Source: a bacterium (lineage in GTDB: Bacteria; Krumholzibacteriota; Krumholzibacteriia; LZORAL124-64-63). Taken from it: a DNA stretch of 64,000 bases. The position numbers and the translations under genes were made by a program. The notes beneath the pieces are model-generated. The model made no database searches. It was not told where the DNA came from and was given only the letters and a program-made list of their open reading frames with translations. Shown in pieces: positions 59,973 to 64,000 of this stretch. The first letter of the stretch is position 1, and the number at the start of each line of letters is the position of its first letter. The DNA lies in assembly GCA_016719645.1 (NCBI GenBank), contig JADJYS010000001.1:518558-582557 (forward strand). The letters are read 5' to 3'.

Positions 59973-61769
59973 ATGTCCCGTCGCCTGGCCCGCCTGGTTC
60001 CCGCCGCCGCGCTCGTCGCGGCCCTCGCCGCCGCCGGCGGCGCCCCGCGCGCGCTGGCCGCCGACGGCGCGGAACCCGCTCTGGCCCCTGGACCTGCCGA
60101 CCCGCCACCTGACCTCGAACTTCATGGAGCACCGCCTCGGCCGCTTCCACGCCGGCATCGACCTCAAGACCGGCGGCCGCTGCGGGCTGCCGGTCCGCGC
60201 CGCCGAAGACGGCTGGCTGAGCCGCCTGCGCGTGGCCCCCTTCGGGTACGGCTGGGTCGTGTACCTGCACGGCGACTCGGGCCGGACCTACGTCTACGCC
60301 CACCTCGAACGCCTGGCCGACCCCTGGCGCGAGCTGGTGCGCGCCGATCTGCGGCGCCGCGGCGCGGCGAGGCCGACCTCGCGCTGCCGGCGGGCGCCTG
60401 CCGCGTGCGCCGGGGCGAGGTGCTGGCCCTGTCCGGCCAGAGCGGCACCCTGGGGCCGCACCTGCACTTCGAGGTGCGCGACGCCGGCAACCTGCCCCTG
60501 GACCCCCTGGCCTGGGGCTTCGCGCCGCCGGACACCATCGCCCCGGCGATCCTCGCCGTGCGCTGCCTCCCCGCGGCGCCGGGCGTGCGGGTGGCCGGGA
60601 GCGACGGGGCGCGCCTGGTCGCCACCGGGACGCCGCTCGACGGGACGCTGCCGCCGCTCGCGGTGGACGGCCCGGTCGCCTTCACGGCCCGCGTCCTGGA
60701 GACGGCCGACGCCGCGGGCCACCGCCTGGAGCCCTGGCGCCTGTCGGTGACCCTGGACGACTCGCTGGTCCACGAGGCGCGCAACGACGTCTTCGACCTG
60801 ACCGCCCAGGGCTTCATGCGCCTGGAATGGCTCCAGCTGGCGGACGGCCGCGAACGCTGGCTCATGCGGCGCGAGGGCAACCGCCAGGCGGGCCGCCGCG
60901 GCGGGGAGTGGTCGCGCGATCCCGCCGTCCTGACGCCGGGCGAGCACAGCGTGCGCCTGCGCGTCGAGGACCGCGCCGGCAACGCGGCGCAGGTCGCCTG
61001 GCGCCTCGCGGTGGCCGCGCCGGGAACCGCGGGCGGGGAGTCGGCGGGCTGGCGCCCGGCGCCGGTGGAATCGCCGGGAGGCGGGCCCGGCAGCCGCCTC
61101 ACGCCCTTCTGCGAGCACGGGCCCGCGGGCGTCGCCGCCGTCGCCCCCGGCCCCTACGCCGCCGTCCCGGCGACCCTGGCCGCGGCGGAGGCGCGCCGGG
61201 CCCTGCGGTCCCAGGGCCTGGTCCACCTCGGCTGGGCGCTGGACGTGCACAGCCCCGACTGGTGCCGCGACGAGCCGGTGACGCTGCCCCTCGCCGCGGG
61301 CGCGGCCGACTCCCTGGACGCGGGCGTCGGGCTCTACGTCGCGCGGGACGACGAGACCTGGGGCCGCGTCGGCAGCCCGCGGCGCGAGGGCGCCCTGTGG
61401 ACCGTCGCGATCGGCGGGCCGGGGCGCTACGCCCTGTTCGCCGACCGCACGCCGCCCTACCTCGGGCCGGGGCCGGCCGAGGGGATCGTCGGACCCGGAC
61501 CGGCCGCGGTCGATCCCGCGGTCACGCCGCCGCGCTGGGAGATCCTCGCCCTGCCGCTGGACGACCGCGGCAGCGGCATCGACCCCGCGACGGTCGGCGT
61601 CCTGCTGGACGGCGCCGCGCTGACGCCCGAGCCCGACCCCCTGCGCGACCGCCTGCTGGTCGAGCTGCCCGACGACCTGCCGGCGGGCCCCCACCGCCTC
61701 GAGGTCGCGGCCCGCGACCGCGCCGGGCTGGCCGTGGAGCGCGTCTACCGGCTGGATCTGCGGCCCTAG
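59973..61769 (+). pseudogene. Large secreted M23 (LytM-type) metallopeptidase, disrupted by two compensating frameshifts (~60045-60095 and ~60360-60372)
   Basis: The signal peptide (MSRRLARLVPAAALVAALAAAGGAPRALAA) and the region from GEVLALSGQSGTLGPHLHFEVR onward are in frame A. The intervening core (PTRHLTSNFMEHRLGRFHAGIDL ... GYGWVVYLHGDSGRTYVYAHL) is in frame B, listed as ORF 60124..60750. A ~400-aa C-terminal extension follows. Confidence 0.55.
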
Positions 61770-61880
61770 GGCGGGGACGGCGCCGCCCGGTGGACGCGTC
61801 CCGGCGGTGCTGCTATGGTGGGCGCGCGATCACGACCGGCACCCGAACGCAACGCAACCGAGGGACCCGGACCGAGGCCG

Positions 61881-64000
61881 ATGGCACCGACGACGTTCGT
61901 CCACCTGCACAACCATTCCGACTACTCGCTGCTCGACGGCGCCATGAAGGCCGAGGCCCTGGCGAAGCGCGCGGCGTCCTTCGGCATGCCCGCGATCGCG
62001 CTGACCGACCACGGCAACCTCTTCGGGGCCGTCGAGTTCTACCTGGCCTGCGGCAAGGCGGGGATCAAGCCCATCCTGGGCATGGAGGCCTACGTCGTCC
62101 CGGACCACCGCGACCGCAGCGCCGAGGCCGGCGGCCGCCCCCACCACACCGTGCTGCTGGCCCGCGACCGCACGGGCTGGCGCAACCTCATGAAGCTGTC
62201 CTCCCGGGGCTACCTCGACGGCTTCTACCACAAGCCGCGCATCGACAAGCAGCTGCTCGACGCCCACCGCGAGGGGCTGGTGGCGCTGAGCGCCTGCCTG
62301 TCGGGCGAGCCGAGCCGCTACCTGCGGCAGGGCGACGTCGCGGGCGCGACGCGCGCCGCCGCCGAGTACCGCGACATCCTGGGCGCCGACAACTACTTCC
62401 TGGAGATCCAGGACCACGGGATCGAGGACGAGGCGCGGGTCCGGCGCCTGATGCCCGAGGTGGCGCGCCAGACCGGCGTGGGGCTGATCTGCACCAACGA
62501 CTGCCACTACCTCGAGCGCGAGCACGCGCAGGCCCACGACCTGCTGCTCTGCATCGGCACCAACCGCCAGTTCGAGGATCCCGGCCGCTGGCGCTACGAC
62601 ACCGACCAGATCTACCTGAAGTCCGCGGACGAGATGCTGCAGCTGTTCCGCGACTGGCCCGAGGCCTGCGAGAACACGCTGCGCGTCGCCGGCATGTGCG
62701 ACCTGAAGCTCGAGCTGGGGCAGCTCCTGCTGCCGGCCTTCCCGCTGCCGGACGGCTTCCCGGACGAGTGCGCCTACCTGGTGCACCTCGCGCGCGAGGG
62801 CCTCCGGCGCCGCTACGCGCAGATCACGCCCGAGCTGGAGACGCGCTTCGACTACGAGCTGGGCGTCATCCGGCAGACGGGCTACGCGGGCTACTTCCTG
62901 ATCGTCTGGGACTTCATCCGCGCGGCGCGCGAGATGGACATCCCGGTCGGCCCGGGCCGCGGCTCGGCCGCCGGCAGCCTCGTCTGCTACTGCCTGGGGA
63001 TCACCGACATCGACCCGATCCGCAACCAGCTGCTGTTCGAGCGCTTCCTGAACCCCGAGCGCGTCTCGATGCCCGACATCGACGTGGACTTCTGCTTCGA
63101 GAAGCGCCCGCGGATCATCCGCTACGTCGAGGAGAAGTACGGCCGCGAGAACGTCTCGCAGATCATCACCTTCGGGACGATGGCCGCGCGCGGCGTGATC
63201 AAGGACGTGGGGCGCGTGCTGGGCTTCAGCTTCGCGGAGGCCGACCGGCTCAGCAAGCTCGTGCCGGAGGGCCCGGGCGTCTCGCTGGCGGCGTCGCTGG
63301 AGGAGGTGCCCGGCTTCAAGGCCGTGCGGCAGGAGTCGCCGCGCCACGACATGCTGATCCGCAACGCGCTGGTGCTCGAGGGGCTCTCGCGCAACCCCGG
63401 CATCCACGCCGCCGGCGTGCTGATCACGCCGCAGCCGCTGATCGAGCACATCCCGATGTACAAGTCCGCGAAGGACGACATCACCAGCCAGTTCGACATG
63501 CGCATGGTCGAGAAGATGGGCCTGCTGAAGATGGACTTCCTGGGCCTGCGCACCCTGACGGTCATCGACAAGGCCCTGGACCTCGTGGCGCAGGCGACCG
63601 GCGAGCGCCTGCAGCCCGCGGACCTGCCGCTGGACGACCCCGAGACCTACCGCCTGCTGCAGCAGGGCCGGACCGTGGGCGTCTTCCAGCTCGAGAGCTC
63701 GGGCATGCAGGAGCTGCTGCGCAAGATGCGGCCCGAGGCCTTCGAGGACATCGTCGCCGTCAACGCGCTGTTCCGGCCCGGCCCGCTCAACGCGCACATG
63801 GACCAGGTCTACGTCGACTGCAAGCACGGCCGCAAGCGCGTGGTCTTCCCGCACGCGGACCTCGAGCCCGTGCTGCGCGAGACCTACGGCGTCATCCTGT
63901 ACCAGGAACAGGTGATGCAGATCGCGGCGATCATGGGCGGCTTCTCCATGGGCCAGGCGGACACGCTGCGCAAGGCCATGGGCAAGAAGAACAAGGACAT
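61881..64000 (+). CDS. dnaE: DNA polymerase III alpha subunit, 3'-truncated by the window edge (not in the ORF track because no stop is reached)
   Basis: Read directly from the + strand starting at ATG 61881. PHP domain (FVHLHNHSDYSLLDGA ... ALTDHGNLFG) is followed by the polymerase core (GPGRGSAAGSLVCYCLGITDIDP ... MPDIDVDF). Confidence 0.9.
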   Translation, partial: MAPTTFVHLHNHSDYSLLDGAMKAEALAKRAASFGMPAIALTDHGNLFGAVEFYLACGKAGIKPILGMEAYVVPDHRDRSAEAGGRPHHTVLLARDRTGWRNLMKLSSRGYLDGFYHKPRIDKQLLDAHREGLVALSACLSGEPSRYLRQGDVAGATRAAAEYRDILGADNYFLEIQDHGIEDEARVRRLMPEVARQTGVGLICTNDCHYLEREHAQAHDLLLCIGTNRQFEDPGRWRYDTDQIYLKSADEMLQLFRDWPEACENTLRVAGMCDLKLELGQLLLPAFPLPDGFPDECAYLVHLAREGLRRRYAQITPELETRFDYELGVIRQTGYAGYFLIVWDFIRAAREMDIPVGPGRGSAAGSLVCYCLGITDIDPIRNQLLFERFLNPERVSMPDIDVDFCFEKRPRIIRYVEEKYGRENVSQIITFGTMAARGVIKDVGRVLGFSFAEADRLSKLVPEGPGVSLAASLEEVPGFKAVRQESPRHDMLIRNALVLEGLSRNPGIHAAGVLITPQPLIEHIPMYKSAKDDITSQFDMRMVEKMGLLKMDFLGLRTLTVIDKALDLVAQATGERLQPADLPLDDPETYRLLQQGRTVGVFQLESSGMQELLRKMRPEAFEDIVAVNALFRPGPLNAHMDQVYVDCKHGRKRVVFPHADLEPVLRETYGVILYQEQVMQIAAIMGGFSMGQADTLRKAMGKKNKD

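Noticed and set aside
60124-60750. 208-aa ORF inside the M23 peptidase region
   Set aside because: It is not an independent gene. It contains the M23 catalytic core, displaced by a frameshift. Its N-terminal 10 and C-terminal ~120 residues are out-of-frame artefacts.
61830-63854. 674-aa minus-strand ORF at the window end
   Set aside because: It is antisense to dnaE, whose PHP and polymerase motifs read cleanly on the plus strand from ATG 61881.

Overview
This window is about 70% GC and reads as Gram-negative-type chromosome; most of it is housekeeping DNA, densely packed on both strands. In order, the recognisable genes are:
- the tail of a dcw cell-division cluster (ftsW partial, murG, murC, ftsQ, ftsA, ftsZ)
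- two TPR proteins, the second carrying a parvulin PPIase domain
- rpmB (L28), recG, uppP
- a receiver-domain protein, a DUF4139 protein and a sigma-70-family sigma factor
- yigZ
- an envelope thiol-redox cluster (FG-GAP protein, dsbD, trxA, tlpA-like lipoprotein, a GroES paralog)
- a PDZ-GAF-PP2C phosphatase and a TerC-family membrane protein
- valS, a rodZ-like gene and uvrB
- nadC-birA-coaX
- a secreted alpha/beta hydrolase and a GH13 glycosidase
- groES-groEL with a promoter and a degenerate CIRCE-like site
- a GT4 glycosyltransferase and a MobA-like nucleotidyltransferase
- a tightly overlapped operon: dapL-like, folB, folK, deoxynucleoside kinase, panB, panC, a stand-alone GlmU-N-type uridyltransferase, a HIT protein
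- a DUF4321 protein and tatA
- a DEAD-box helicase with a C-terminal DUF1998 domain (MrfA-like) followed by a DnaQ-like exonuclease (MrfB-like)
- ppiD, a large M23 peptidase, and the 5' part of dnaE, which runs off the window end and is absent from the ORF track.

I found no rRNA, tRNA, CRISPR array, transposase, integrase or prophage signature. Many long ORFs in the track are antisense or overlapping artefacts of the high GC content.

The observations most worth a second look are:
- a six-gene envelope thiol-redox / GroES-paralog cluster that appears to sit behind a sigma-32-like promoter and ends at a clean terminator
- five apparent 1-bp frameshifts (dapL-like, panC, HIT, and two compensating ones in the M23 peptidase), all confined to the last ~14 kb of the window
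- a 17-bp tandem repeat array next to a perfect bidirectional terminator hairpin
- an 18-bp tandem duplication spanning a stop codon
- a MrfAB-like repair pair with an unknown downstream partner.
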